The notes under the pieces are model-generated. The model ran no database searches, was not told where the DNA came from, and saw nothing but the letters and a program-made list of their open reading frames with translations. DNA of 64,000 nt from Paecilomyces variotii (Eukaryota): assembly GCA_004022145.1 (NCBI GenBank), contig RCNU01000002.1; one strand, written 5' to 3'. A program made the translations under genes and the position numbers. Positions 12,901 to 24,331 of this stretch are shown here, one piece after another (positions within the stretch are counted from its first letter, which is position 1; each line of letters opens with the position of its first letter).

Positions 12901-15460
12901 TGGGCGTAGCCCTGGCATGTTCAGCATTGACCTCAGTACTCGCCTGAGCCCTTGGAGGAGCAGATCCTAGTCCACGTAAAGCGAAGCTAATCGTACGGGA
13001 AATGCGTGAAGGTCGAGCTGCCGAACTTGTCTTGATAGCTGGCTTTCGAGGAGAAGCATCCTTAGTTGCAACAGGACTCTTCGATCTTACTGAAAGTGCG
13101 CCCGTTTTCTCCAGATTCTGAGAGCTAGAATGTGATGAGGTGGAACGTTCCAGGGCATTCTCCTCGTGCTCTTTTAGACTTGTCACTGATCGGGCCGAAA
13201 GACGATCATGAGCCCGAGGTATTTGGACCTCTGGCTCAATCAGCTTCCTTGACTTTTGCTGTTTCCGAGAGCGGCGATACTCAAGAGATGGGTGGAAGAC
13301 GGCATCATCATACTCGTCCATCCAGTTAAGTACCTTCCTCTGGTATTTAGTTGATGTAGGCAGTATCATATCCCTGGGGTTGGCTAGGTTTGGGAGAAAC
13401 GGTTCCGGCCGAAGACTGTCGCTCAGGGGTGCTTTGTATGAGGAATTCGGCGAGAACAAGAATTTGGCCGCGTGCGGGCCAACAACGCTTGTAACGGAGC
13501 CAAAAGATTGTGACATGCTATCAAAACCACGATGCCCCTCAGAGAGGTAAGGGATAGATATATTTGACTGTTCGCTTTCCATAATGCCCATCATCTGAAT
13601 CTCGTACAACCTAACTCTCGGTACGAACGTCTTGGATTGCTTCGTGACTGTATGAGGAATGGGAGCATTGGGGTCATTTTTAGCGATGCTCCGAGCTTCT
13701 CTATATGTTTTTGGGTTCCAAAAAGAGATATCAACCCAATGAGGAATGCCAAAACACCACTCTTTGGATTGGTCCGGGTTTCTCTCCCTGGACATCGGCC
13801 GAATGAATGACCCAGGTGCACTGGTTCGAGGGGACACATGTGACGATCTTGACATAAGACTCGAGCCATGATAGCGGAGTTCCGGTGACGAATAGTTGCT
13901 GTGGGTTTCTCCCATGGTCGAACTTGTAGGCCGCTCCTTTGGCCTACGGTACTTAAACAAGGGAACCGAGTGGAGTGGCATGGGACTGAGGCAGACAAGA
14001 TCAATTGAGATCCCATAGTTCGTCAGCACTTCGGTTGTCGAGGCTAAAGATTCGTATGAGACTTCAAAGACTCCGGTACCAGGGGTTATTACGACGATCG
14101 AGGTGGCCGTGTGGAGCATATCGCGGTCGATGTGGTCGTATGCGAGATGAGAGGATGCAAAATGGATGGCCTCGAGTAGATTCCCACGCAAAGAAGTACT
14201 GGGTCGACCAGCGATAATCGTTTTCTTCGGCTCATCGCCTGAATTAGCCCCGTTATGACCGGCTGTTGTTGGAGTGTCTGCACTATCAACAGTCTGAACA
14301 GACACATCCCTCAAGAAGGTCCGGAAGTCTTTCTTTAACTCATTGAGAATAGTGGTCCAATGACCACTTGCCATGTCATTTACCACCACGCGGTAGAAAT
14401 CTCGTGTTGGCACGCGGCCTGGATCAGAAATTCTTCTCAATGTCTCCGTGTTGAGCGCGGGAGGGCCAGGATCGAGAGTAACGTCATATTCGACTCTGGT
14501 GAAGAGCACAATGGTGACTAGATGTCTGGCTTCGATATTTGCCCACCGTTTGAATAACTCTGGAAGAAAGCCATTGATGACGCGGCTAAAGAGGATATCA
14601 CCGGTTCCCTCCGCGTCAAAGTCCCACATCTCTCGTGACATTTGGATGAAAAGAACATATTTTGCTGACTCGCTGCGGAAGACAGGAATCGTGCTGGGTG
14701 CAAAGTAACCCGATAGGACCTTTTTACCTCTTATGAATATGTTTTTTATAGTCGCTTTGATGCCTCCCATAAAGAGGATCTTCTGGCCCTTGTAGATGGT
14801 CTTGTCCACCAGTTCGGACATGACCAATCGCCACATGTCCGAGCGGACGAGATACTGGTCGCGGAAAGCGATGTCGACGTGAGCTGCCGAACATTGTGAA
14901 CGATCCACGACTGACAGAAGGACCTGTGACCTGTTCTTGAAACCGAAGATATTGGCGACATTGTTTGTCACCGATATCTCTAGTTTCGAATGGCGCAGTT
15001 TGATATCTTGCGGGACCGGTTTGACCACGAAGAGATACCGTCCTTGCGTGTGCGACTGGAACTTGCCTTTTGGATGGAAGCCGGAGCTCTGGTTGATGTC
15101 GGCACTACTCTCATGGAGGGACCTCGAGCCAAGCTCTGGCTTCAGCTGAGAGTGGGACGCATCTGTAGTTCCCCGAACAGGTGATATCTCAATCACATCA
15201 CCCACTTTGACACCCGTGTCGCTGAAAGCCGCCTGATTGAATAGAACCTCTTCACGAGAGAAGTTCTCGTCGTGAACCCATATCGTGCATAATCGTCGAT
15301 TGAGACCTGTCGGAGGCTGCTTGATTGAGCCTCCGTCGCCCGAGTACGCCGGGTCATAATGCGATGTTCCCACCGAGCGAGAGGTCCCCAGCGTGTCCAA
15401 GCTCGCCGCACTCACCTGCCTCAGATGCGAACCCTTTACGGGCCCGCGGGGAGGCATCAT
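9908..15460 (-). CDS. IML1: Vacuolar membrane-associated protein Iml1 / DEPDC5 (SEACIT/GATOR1 subunit), 1850 aa
   Basis: FRSESAKYVLFIQMSREMWDFD, GNLLEAI, VVITPGTGVFEV, IDLVCLSPMPLHSVPLF, WKSLKSPAVLPLTT, and a DEP domain (NCFIGFEFTTWLL...EEAVEFGNELM...FRDGNYFY). Confidence 0.95.
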   Translation of the reverse strand: MMPPRGPVKGSHLRQVSAASLDTLGTSRSVGTSHYDPAYSGDGGSIKQPPTGLNRRLCTIWVHDENFSREEVLFNQAAFSDTGVKVGDVIEISPVRGTTDASHSQLKPELGSRSLHESSADINQSSGFHPKGKFQSHTQGRYLFVVKPVPQDIKLRHSKLEISVTNNVANIFGFKNRSQVLLSVVDRSQCSAAHVDIAFRDQYLVRSDMWRLVMSELVDKTIYKGQKILFMGGIKATIKNIFIRGKKVLSGYFAPSTIPVFRSESAKYVLFIQMSREMWDFDAEGTGDILFSRVINGFLPELFKRWANIEARHLVTIVLFTRVEYDVTLDPGPPALNTETLRRISDPGRVPTRDFYRVVVNDMASGHWTTILNELKKDFRTFLRDVSVQTVDSADTPTTAGHNGANSGDEPKKTIIAGRPSTSLRGNLLEAIHFASSHLAYDHIDRDMLHTATSIVVITPGTGVFEVSYESLASTTEVLTNYGISIDLVCLSPMPLHSVPLFKYRRPKERPTSSTMGETHSNYSSPELRYHGSSLMSRSSHVSPRTSAPGSFIRPMSRERNPDQSKEWCFGIPHWVDISFWNPKTYREARSIAKNDPNAPIPHTVTKQSKTFVPRVRLYEIQMMGIMESEQSNISIPYLSEGHRGFDSMSQSFGSVTSVVGPHAAKFLFSPNSSYKAPLSDSLRPEPFLPNLANPRDMILPTSTKYQRKVLNWMDEYDDAVFHPSLEYRRSRKQQKSRKLIEPEVQIPRAHDRLSARSVTSLKEHEENALERSTSSHSSSQNLEKTGALSVRSKSPVATKDASPRKPAIKTSSAARPSRISRTISFALRGLGSAPPRAQASTEVNAEHARATPILNRKQSTGVLSDTMSVGRPSSSSGETASLSSATETPDKPVTMKKAIENSAVTPSRPISIKVASKKIPEEPDTERSVISNSFSTTTTEVPYGQGRQTETTGIFPMKRTGPKVDITLNAGPEDVSTSQSPSKALAPWVRSINPSNTTKDTLRKAGWFGRWQHAYPRPPHVALVKWKSLKSPAVLPLTTEEFPTSAELASDYLQTPYRVFPNDDVEGEEPPKGRDVLLREMISLRLSHGFQIIIGSAVAEACGQYELESLNVFDYRSLGKDGTTIYLSMGNTIHRLVCIAGGEIEVTRFTRRTSAAFLSDKGRCRMYRYAIRTYLSTKYDIRDVNLEPLKEEYNWNYADNYLAGHRDLLINPTQQLRFWRVRYVLIPMRLPAHSKRHMQSFNEDNEEEIHLLGINQLTHMWQRHKYVPQDEKRFQSGAHKKDQNPLNIMYQTRNPSEVVAAELDRILLTDPGLDNPPAQLLPDSELLERSSVNLSSLAQMIQGDKGVRMMDRRWHWRLHYNCFIGFEFTTWLLQNFRDIDTREEAVEFGNELMKHGLFQHVEKRHNFRDGNYFYQIASEYRVSKPESRTGWFPAPRKPDKSVPSTPVIENPKDSPSGGRARSESTDETATSTLNTPSKSKSKVAIMLSKSMKYDVDPRKRSNRPEFVHLHYDRLHNPENCFHIEIQWLKTTPKLIEDAVASWASTAEKFGLKLVQVPIAEACTIPQTQPFRKPYRIQLKVKPPKPPAPTIYNTTSFTQQGTPDKHYYQKALLKKLDYVLDFESWDSYPPDVEVSYSWGKPDFHYPQYIHRSGLSIIQITDEGDFLFLANRLYSTRAIFARDASRLDRSDRPDQYRPRAATFDPLDRVSPRPSPLFRPVPEGSSPASSYSSPCIESANLVRTPESFKDELEEFCNDAAKLERFYSESQVRTVSTRVGPVPTPTLDSSIPSLELPASVVGHHISPPATFGSRHPGESASSNNDTSGTGTQYREPNTSRTGSPRSGYLGPVL

Positions 15461-15661
15461 AATTGCCAGAGGTCCATGTATCGAACCGGAGATTCTTTTG
15501 ACTAGTCAACGCAAGACGTCGAATCCCTCACGGGAAGGCAATTATTGAGTTGGATATCGAAGAGCACCGCGTCTACATATGTAGAAGGCGGTGAAATGCC
15601 AATCATGTGATTTTACTTTTCTCCTGATAAAGCCATCAATTGATCGGCTTTCAACAATCAT

Positions 15662-15774
15662 GGCAAGATGGCCGAGTTGGTCCAAGGCGTCAGGTTAAGG
15701 TCTACCTTAATAACAACTTTCAATAAGTTCCTGATCTGTGTATGCAGGCGTGGGTTCGAATCCCACTCTTGTCA
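15662..15774 (+). tRNA. tRNA-Leu(AAG) with 28-nt intron (15701-15728)
   Basis: Acceptor stem GGCAAGA/TCTTGTC plus discriminator A; A-box TGGCCGAGTTGG; anticodon stem TCAGG/CCTGA with AAG at 15697-15699; long variable arm; T-arm GTGGGTTCGAATCCCAC. Confidence 0.95.
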
Positions 15775-15781
15775 AGACTTC

Positions 15782-15790
15782 TTTTTTTTT
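15782..15790 (+). terminator. RNA polymerase III oligo-T terminator of the tRNA
   Basis: T9 run 7 nt after the tRNA 3' end. Confidence 0.75.
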
Positions 15791-18065
15791 CGTACCTTTT
15801 TTTCTCCCTAGAGAAAATTTGGTGAGGCCCGTAAGGGAAGGTGGACATGATTGGTCGGCAGCCGAAGCCCAAGTCCATCGCTCGTTCAACTATGTACAGC
15901 TTGATATTAATGTCGGAGCCTATGATGAAGCTGGGCTCTTTTTGATTAAAAACCTATATTGCCACCTTTATTTACTGCGACCAAGAAGACATTAAGGACT
16001 GTTTTTTTTTTTTTTTTTTTCGATTCTAACTACTAGGTATCGGTATTGGTTCGGAGTAAAGGATCCAGGTCTTTAAGCATGATATATATATATACCAGCT
16101 TTGCCGTCGTGAGATGGCCACAATACGTTGTCCTTCCAGTCGTGAGCTTCCAGCAAGACCCACAATGGCTGATTGCTCAATACAGCCAAGGCTCGTAGAA
16201 GGATTCTGGAAAGAGTTAATTCGGAGAAGGTGGTTTCGAATATCAAGCATGTTTGATGCTGCCTGATCTGACTCAAAGATACTCTATCTTAGCATGGACG
16301 TCATGGAACTTCTAGACGACTGTGCCACTCCGCGCGAGAGAGTGAGCATCGGTCTAGGGTCGAATTCGAACTGTTTGTACTCAGCCTTCAACACAGTGGA
16401 GTTGGATACCAGCAGGACTCTGTTCTTTCAGCTGCACCTGCGCTTGAATGTCACCAGGGACTCAGCCATGCAGACAGAGTAAGTGGAAAGAACGAATGGG
16501 GTGATATCTTAGTTCCTCAACAACATGAATCAGCGGTGTATTTCGTCGCTTATAAAAATCTATCTGCCTATGCGCCACTATATTATTATCGGAGTAGGGT
16601 GTACTGTAACTGTATAGACGGATGTGGCGGTGCGGGAGCCAGCAATTAATTTTCAGCCAGTATAACCGATGAGCCTGACCAGAGTAGAACAAGTACATAC
16701 CTTATTGCAACTAACCTGGAGTGCCTAGGAGGATTAGAGTATTGCCCAGGATACGAGGTCCCATGTACGCACATTACTTCATAAGTTCATACATACCATG
16801 GCGGGCACTAACGAGCCCTGATCGAAGCAATAGGACGGCATGTGGTCCAGACTCCGCAGATGCCACCAGTGATGGTTAGATTTGAATAATTATTTGATAC
16901 CTTAGGTACTCTGCGGCCTAGTTTAATGAGCACACTCCACAATTCATGCGCCACACACTAACAGACGCATTGTGGCTTGTATGAATAGGCGTCTAGAATA
17001 CGCAATAGTAACTAGAGTGTGGCGGTAAGCAGGATTACTCTATGCAAGATTTCCAGCGAAAGCAGTGTTGAATCAAGAAAGCCACCATTCTGATCGCGCC
17101 ATAAACGAGAAGGGCCATGAAACAGGAGAAAAGGACGTCAGTCGCGAAGATCAACACGGAACAAGTGGACTATCAAACACGGTTGCCAAGAGACACCGTC
17201 GACGCGGTAGGATGCTTCAACTCGTTTGGCTTGCCTAAGCTCGCTTGGCTGTCTTGGCTAAAGTGGAATTTCTCGGTTTCAAGCTACGAGACTTGGCAGC
17301 ATCCCCTACATCCCATCCCTGGCAGCGGGATCTGGGATCTCGTCAGTCTCGACAATTTCGCAGAACTGCAGAATCAGCGCTGATGATTTTGATAAGTCAG
17401 ATTGATAACGCCGTCCTGTCACGACCAGGCGCCTAATATTACTAGCTGGCATTAGGATCCCCCTTAGCCACTGGGACTTCCCGCAGCGCGTTCAAATTTC
17501 CTGTTTGTGGATAGCTGCGTGGCCCAACCATTACCAGGCACACACACTGGTAGTGGGACGCTAATTGAAACCAGGGTCTGTCCTCTGTGGCTGAGCAATA
17601 TATCGGCGTCTTCAGTTCCCCTGGTCGGACAAGATCAGAATACAGCAGGATGGTTCGCTGGCAATATGTGATGCGATTATCTGTGTCTAGGGAGCCAACA
17701 CAATAATAGATGGCAAATGTAGTAGAGTACTTTAACGCTGTAGACCCTTTCAGCGCGCAAAGAAAAGAAATCTGCTGTTGTTGAAGAATATAACTGCTGT
17801 CACTCTTGCTCATCACAATCTATTATCTTCACTTATTACAGAGATCACTTGCAGATCATCGGGACCCAGCAAAGCTTTCTTTGTGGAGTTCAGACAGAGC
17901 AAGCATCAGCGGACATATCACACTGACTGCCGCGACCAAGTGGAACGCCCCTTATCGTTTCAACCTTACCCGTGTGCTTTTTTCCCATTCATTATTATTC
18001 TCTTAACAGCGAGCCCTACCAACTGTTGTCACTCCCTTCGCTCCTGCATTCAAGACAGATTCACA

Positions 18066-20423
18066 ATGCGTAAGTGCTGCCACCCCTCGATGATGATACT
18101 TGCCCAGTTGCGCGGAACTGATATCCCTTGGCGATAGATATCTACAGGCGTCACGCCAGGCAATTGGCGTGGTATGATGATGAGGGGGAGCCGACCAACC
18201 ACAACCCATTCAAGAAGTTCAGAGCACGTCCACGGCACTCACGGTCGAGTCGTCTGGAGAGTGGATTATACCCTGTGAGGACGGCTGGCGATGTAAGAAC
18301 CTCAGAAGAGCGACGAAGACGCGCCGACGTCGCGGGCGGCCTGAGTGGCCCTCAGCATGCGGAGACATACCATGCAGCAGAGTTGTCCAGCGCAGACCGT
18401 ACGAGAGCAGCGTCCTACAGTGATACTGACAAAGGTGGTCTTGGACAGTCGACTGAGAGCAACGATCCGATCAATATTCCAGAGCCTGCTCATGACGCTT
18501 CAGGGGAGGGCAAGCCGCGACGGAGGAAGTTCTTTGGGAGATTCAACGACAAAGATGAGGGTGATAAACTTGCGCTGTCAGAGTCTCAAGAGTCGATGCC
18601 CGACAAACAAAAGTTCACTGTGGTGGGACAATTGAAAGCGACACTATTCAATTCATGGATCAACATCCTTCTATTCGCCGCTCCGGCAGGGAGTAAGATA
18701 TTGCTCACTCGAGTCGCGTTTCCTAAGGCTAATGTTTACCAGTCGCCCTCTACTACGTTCATGTCGATCCCAGGGCAGTGTTCGTTGTCAACTTCATTGC
18801 CATCATGTAAGTGCGGAACGGCTGAAGCCATGAAGACCTCGGACTGATATTGGACAGTCCACTGGCTGCGATGTTGAGTTATGCTACGGAAGAGATTGCG
18901 CTACGGTAATTCAACTTAATATCTGCTGTCGATTCCGTCCCAGCTAACAAATTGTACAGGACTGGCGAGACCATCGGAGGTCTTCTGAACGCGACTTTCG
19001 GGTATGAGGCTCTCTTTCTTGCGGCGGAAAATGTCATCTGAGGCTAACACGATTAGCAATGCTGTCGAACTGATTGTTGCGATCCTGGCTCTTGTCGACA
19101 ACCAGGTTCTCGTCGTGCAAACGTCCTTGATCGGAAGTATGCTCTCTAACCTGCTGCTCGTCATGGGAATGTGCTTCTTCTTTGGTGGAGTCAACCGCAT
19201 GGAACAGCACTTTAACGTCGTCGTTGCGGAGACAGCAGCGAGTCTGCTCGCGTTGGCAGTTGGCAGTCTTGTCATCCCAACCGCTTTTCACAACTGGTCT
19301 AATGGTAAGTGGATGGATTCGGGGGGGTTTTAGATACAATCCAAGCTAACAGTCATGATCACAGCCGGTACCCGAGGAATCGCTCCTTTGTCTCGAGGTA
19401 GGTTCATCGACAATCGGGACTATCACCATCACCATGCTAATGACAATAATATTAGGAACTAGTATCATTCTCCTGGTCGTGTATGGGGCGTATCTGTTCT
19501 TCCAGCTGAAATCCCACACGGAGCTTTACAACCAACCAAGCCAGAAGGTTGAAAAGCGATTTACCTCGATAGGCCAAGGTGACGCCAACAAAGGAATTGC
19601 CCGAATGGGTCAACTGCTGTCGACCAGTATCGGAGCACCGGCAGAGCAGCAGGTGCAAATAGCAGAGCCGGAAGATGAGCCCGAGGAACCTCAGCTCAGT
19701 GTTCTGGTTGCGTTGATCACGCTCATAATTTCGACTGTCCTTGTGGCTCTGTGTGCGGAATTCATGGTCGACTCCATCGATGCGATTACGGCGACAGGCG
19801 CTATCTCGAAGACATTTGTTGGACTGATTCTCCTTCCCATTGTTGGAAACGCAGCCGAGCACGCCACCGCTGTTACGGTGGCCTGCAAAGATAAGATGGA
19901 CCTTGCGATCGGTGTGGCAGTTGGATCCAGTATGCAGATCGCTCTGCTGGTCCTGCCTCTCATCGTTGTCATCGGATGGTGCATGGGTAATGATGACATG
20001 GTAAGTAAGATCCGCTGAGAAACGCATTTGTGGCCTTTTTCTTTTATGACCGGACGAGAAGCTGACTGCGCAGACTCTGTATTTCGATGGATTCCAAGTC
20101 ATCCTGTTGTTCATTGCTGTCCTTCTCGTACGTGACGTCCCCCTACCCTAGTCTTTCCCCATCCAGAGTATAGATAGAGGTACTAAATAACCTACTAGGT
20201 CAACTACCTGATTGCAGACGGCAAGTCGCATTGGCTAGAAGGTGTCCTTCTGATGACTTTGTATATTATCATTGCTGTTGCCGCGTGGTAAGTCCCCCTC
20301 TCATCTGCGGAACAAAACCCATTTCGATATAAAACCAGTTGAAAGAAGAAACAAGTCCGCTGACGAATTTTTTTTCCCCTACAACACAGGTTCTATCCTT
20401 CTCACGAGGACTCCACTGGATGA
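18066..20423 (+). CDS. VCX1: Vacuolar Ca2+/H+ exchanger (CAX/Vcx1 family), many exons
   Basis: ATG-C, then intron 18070-18137. Spliced product has [58 protein letters not shown], ending [11 protein letters not shown] at 20423. Confidence 0.9.
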
Positions 20424-22725
20424 AAGAAAGAATTGCTCGAAAGAAAAAAATCTTGAATTATGAGCGTCAGAACTGGGTTCTGCACGTCTTGTCTAGCCCA
20501 TCCAGCATTTTCTTATCATTTATCTTTTATCCATTATATCGGATACTATGTACTACTTATTCTTCTCTTACGATAAGACCAAACCCCACTGACCAGGGCT
20601 ATCATTATGCCATTGTTGGAATTATTCAATTATTCTCTACTAGGTTGGGTTGGGTTGAGTTGGCTTCTTGTATCTTTTTTCTATACTTTGTGTCAAGTCA
20701 AGATGATACCAAATTATTCATTTCTTTTCTTTTCTTTTCTTTCCTGTTCTTTAAATAATCCAGCGAAAGACAAGTAGATATCATCACCTTTTCAACCTCC
20801 AATACATAGAGTACTGCTTATTATTGAACGGTCTAGGAAGCTACGTCGGACCTAAGTGTTGAAATGGAGACGTGCATATTCTATAATTAATTAAATTACC
20901 AGCGGACAGACCGCAGTGCTCACTTTCCCGTCCCGTGATAGAGCAAATGACGCACAGTACAGTACAGTAAATACTTATTCCGATTGGACAGCCCGCCATC
21001 CAGGTCGGTAAAAGGATGAGATCAGATATCGGGTTTTGGATTAGATAGGGAAGCGAAGCGGTCTAGGAATGAAGTGCGCTAACTAACGTATAGTTATGGG
21101 GATACTACTAGTATTCTGGGGGACTGCTCTCACGTGTCTATATGTTACGTTGCTTTTTATTATTCCGAACGAGCCCAGGATCAACCGCGGTCTTTTTTCT
21201 CTGACCGACCACCGTAGGGATAGGATTATTGGGGGGGGGAGAGGGTTGGGTTGTCCAACCTTGCGCAACCATTGAGTCCCAGGACCAGGGATCCCCGAGA
21301 GCCCCCCCGGATGGGGTTGCTCCGTGTGAGTTGCCGTTGTCTGAATACGAGTCGGTCGATTGATTGATTGATTGGATTCTGGTGGTCTGAATGGGTGAAC
21401 ATGCCGGTAGTAGGTATCCGGACATTCTTCTTTGGGACTTCCCCGCGGGGAGAGAGAGATAGCCTAGAGACAAGACCGAAGACCGAAGACAGAAGAGAAT
21501 AATGGGAGGGGGTTCAAGTTCAGTCCTTTTCTGTTCGGGTCGGTTGTCTTCGGTGGCGGCGGCGGTGCCACGTCGAAAAAAGAAAACCGTGCGCCAGGTC
21601 GTACCCGAGCACGCTTCAAAGTTCAGAGGTTATTATTATTAACTCCTCGTGTGACCAGAAGAGAGGATGGCCGAGGAGCCAGCTGAATGGAGAGTTGCCA
21701 AAAACAAAAGGGAGCCAGAAGTTGCGGCTGGGGAACAACCGCGGGGTAGACTAACTAAGAGTCAAGCCCAGACTTTTTCCTCCACAACAACACATGGCAA
21801 GTTGTCCGTCCACGGCAACCCGCGTCAGCATTCCTCCGCCATCTTACCGTACCAGTCAGTCAGTCTACCAGCTGACCCGAGGGATAAGCCGTGTGTATTG
21901 TCATCCATGTAGTTAGTTAGTTATTTAATAATAATAATAGAACAATACCTATCATGATAGCAGTAGCAAGAACAATAATAATGACTTTCCCCTCCTCCGG
22001 CAGTGATTGATTTGAGAAAAAAGGCGAGCACGGGATCGTGGATCGGGGATGACCGGCTGCGGGCGCGCACGGAGGTCGGGCAACCAACAGCCTCGGGGAC
22101 GGACAGGAGAAAAACTAGAAAAAAAAAGAACTAGAAAATGAATACTAATACATAATACAAATAATACCCCCAGAGTCACTGGTTTCTGCTTAGCGGGAAA
22201 GAGAGAGAGAGAGAAGGTTAAGTTCAGGACTAAATTGACGAGGATTGTTAGTTACTTGGGATCTAATTTGCGGGGTTCAGCCTCGGAGAAAAGAAAGTGG
22301 TTTTGCTCGGGACTCTCTGTTCAGGCCAGGACCTGCGGAGAAAAAAAAGTTACGGAAAAGGCTATTTCTCGGAGAAGAAGAAGAAGAAGAAGAAAGACGC
22401 GATGTTCTTTTTCTTTTTCTTATTAACTAATAATATTGGATTATTCTTGTTTCGGGGTATGATTTCATCACCGGCTGCTTTTCTCTTTGTAGCCGGCTAA
22501 AAGGCAAAATGAAGTCACGTCGTCGCTTTATGGAACTGTTGTACCGTAATTAATTAATTAATTAATTAATACCATACATACATACATACATACACTGACT
22601 GCATTCCCGACCGGAAGAGAAGAGAAGAGCTGAAGAAAGAGTGCAATCCCGGTGGGCTATAGAATCTAATCTGCAGGGAATCATCAATTTAATTGTCAAC
22701 ATAAAAAATAAAAAAAAAAAGACAG

Positions 22726-22732
22726 GAAGAAG

Positions 22733-22761
<29 letters not shown>
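22726..22761. repeat. (GAA)12 microsatellite
   Basis: Read directly; a shorter (GAA)n lies at ~22374-22394 and (CATA)n at ~22574-22593. Confidence 0.95.
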
Positions 22762-22763
<2 letters not shown>

Positions 22764-23347
22764 TGGCCTCGGGGACTGGCCATCCACCGTCTGACTGCCG
22801 ATCGGGAATCCTGGGGCCGAAACTGGGCCAGGGAAGCCGCCACGAGTAAGAATAATCCTGCTGGGGGAGAGTACCATAGTTTAGGAGTGATTATCTAGTT
22901 AGTTAGTTATTTATCTAGTTAGTTAGTTAATTATTTAGTTAGTTATTCGACTCCGGATGACCAGAATCATCACTGACTTCAGCTCCCGGTGTCGGCCTGG
23001 TCGACCGGCAAAACGATGACGGCCAGCCCAATATCGTGTCCACCCGAACGGCCGGGCCAGCTTTTTGCATTTTACTCATTTACTCATGAATCAAATAATA
23101 AACCAACTATCACGATAATGGTTAAGTGAATTACCATAGATGCTACTAGTTACTACAGTACTAGACCCAGCAACTAGCAACTACTACTAGATACAGGCAC
23201 TAGACTCGGAATCCGTTAGTGTTGAACGAAACAGTGCCTGACGGAACCCCCGGTTTTTTCACTGTTCGCTCGACCCGGCATCTGGCTCTCCCCGCGCAAA
23301 CTAGCCCTGGATCTGCTGCTTTCCCCGGGTTGAAGGTGAGAGAGTCC

Positions 23348-23410
23348 CATCGCATCGCATCGCATCGCATCTATCCTATCCTATCCTATCCTATCCTATC
23401 CTTTCCTTTC
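23348..23410. repeat. Compound pentanucleotide repeat (CATCG)4-(CTATC)6-(CTTTC)2
   Basis: Read directly. Confidence 0.9.
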
Positions 23411-24331
23411 CCATCTCATCCCCATCGTGCCCGATCGCCATCCGAGCTTCTTCTCTTCTCTCTTCTCTCTCTCTTTCTCTCTTCTTTCCGTTCCTCCTCA
23501 TTTTTCTCCATTCTCATGCCGCTCCCTCTCGGCTCTTCCTCCACAGCGTTCCTCACCCCGGACCGTTGAAAATCCAACATCCCAGTTGGGGACTGTCTGG
23601 TCTCCACTTGCCTCTCGCCGTCGCGCGTCCTTGCATATCCCGCGCTCTCCACGATGCGCTGCTGATACTTACAAACGAACAAAACGGACAAAACTAGTTC
23701 AACCAGTGTCGCTTCTTCTCTCTGTCCTACACATTCTTTGTTCTCCATCTCTCAGGCACACAAATCTCCTCCCCCTCCCCTCTTCTCTCCCGTCGGGCTG
23801 GGAGCCAACCTCTGCCAGGTATATTCTAATATATTATTAACAAACGCGCTCCCCCCGTCGCTTTCCGGGAACCTGCGTCTGACCGGCTTCTCCGGGCGTC
23901 ACGGCCATCGGTTTACCTAACCGACCACTACCACCACCACATTTACCAACACTTACCCGCCATTGGAGATCGGTGCAATTGATTCGGAATCCCATCCACT
24001 GTTGTCTGTCTGCAACCACCAGTGCAGCCTTTGTGGTTTTAATTTTCTACATCCCGATCGACCTGTTGACTGCTCTGGCTCCAGACAGACCCGAAGCACT
24101 GAGCAACCTCGGAGCTGGCCGATAGAGTCCCGAGTGAGCGCCAGGGCCGGCCGTGGTGCAACACGAGAGACACTGTCCGCGTCCTCGTCCTCGTCCTCTC
24201 CCCTTTTTCTTTTTTCTCTTTCTTTGCTTCAGCGCAAAACTGAATCCCTCTGTCCGGGACCGCTGTGCACCGTTTCGTGCATTCCTCCAAGCGGGGAGAC
24301 CGCCCGCTCTCTTGATCACACGCCCCCCAAG

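Noticed and set aside
22896-22945. CRISPR-like or telomere-like array
   Set aside because: Short TAGT-based simple repeats without spacers, and not TTAGGG.
23963-24331. 123-aa in-frame N-terminal extension of the Zn2Cys6 factor from a TTG
   Set aside because: Crosses low-complexity, leader-like sequence; the ATG at 24332 sits directly before the zinc cluster.
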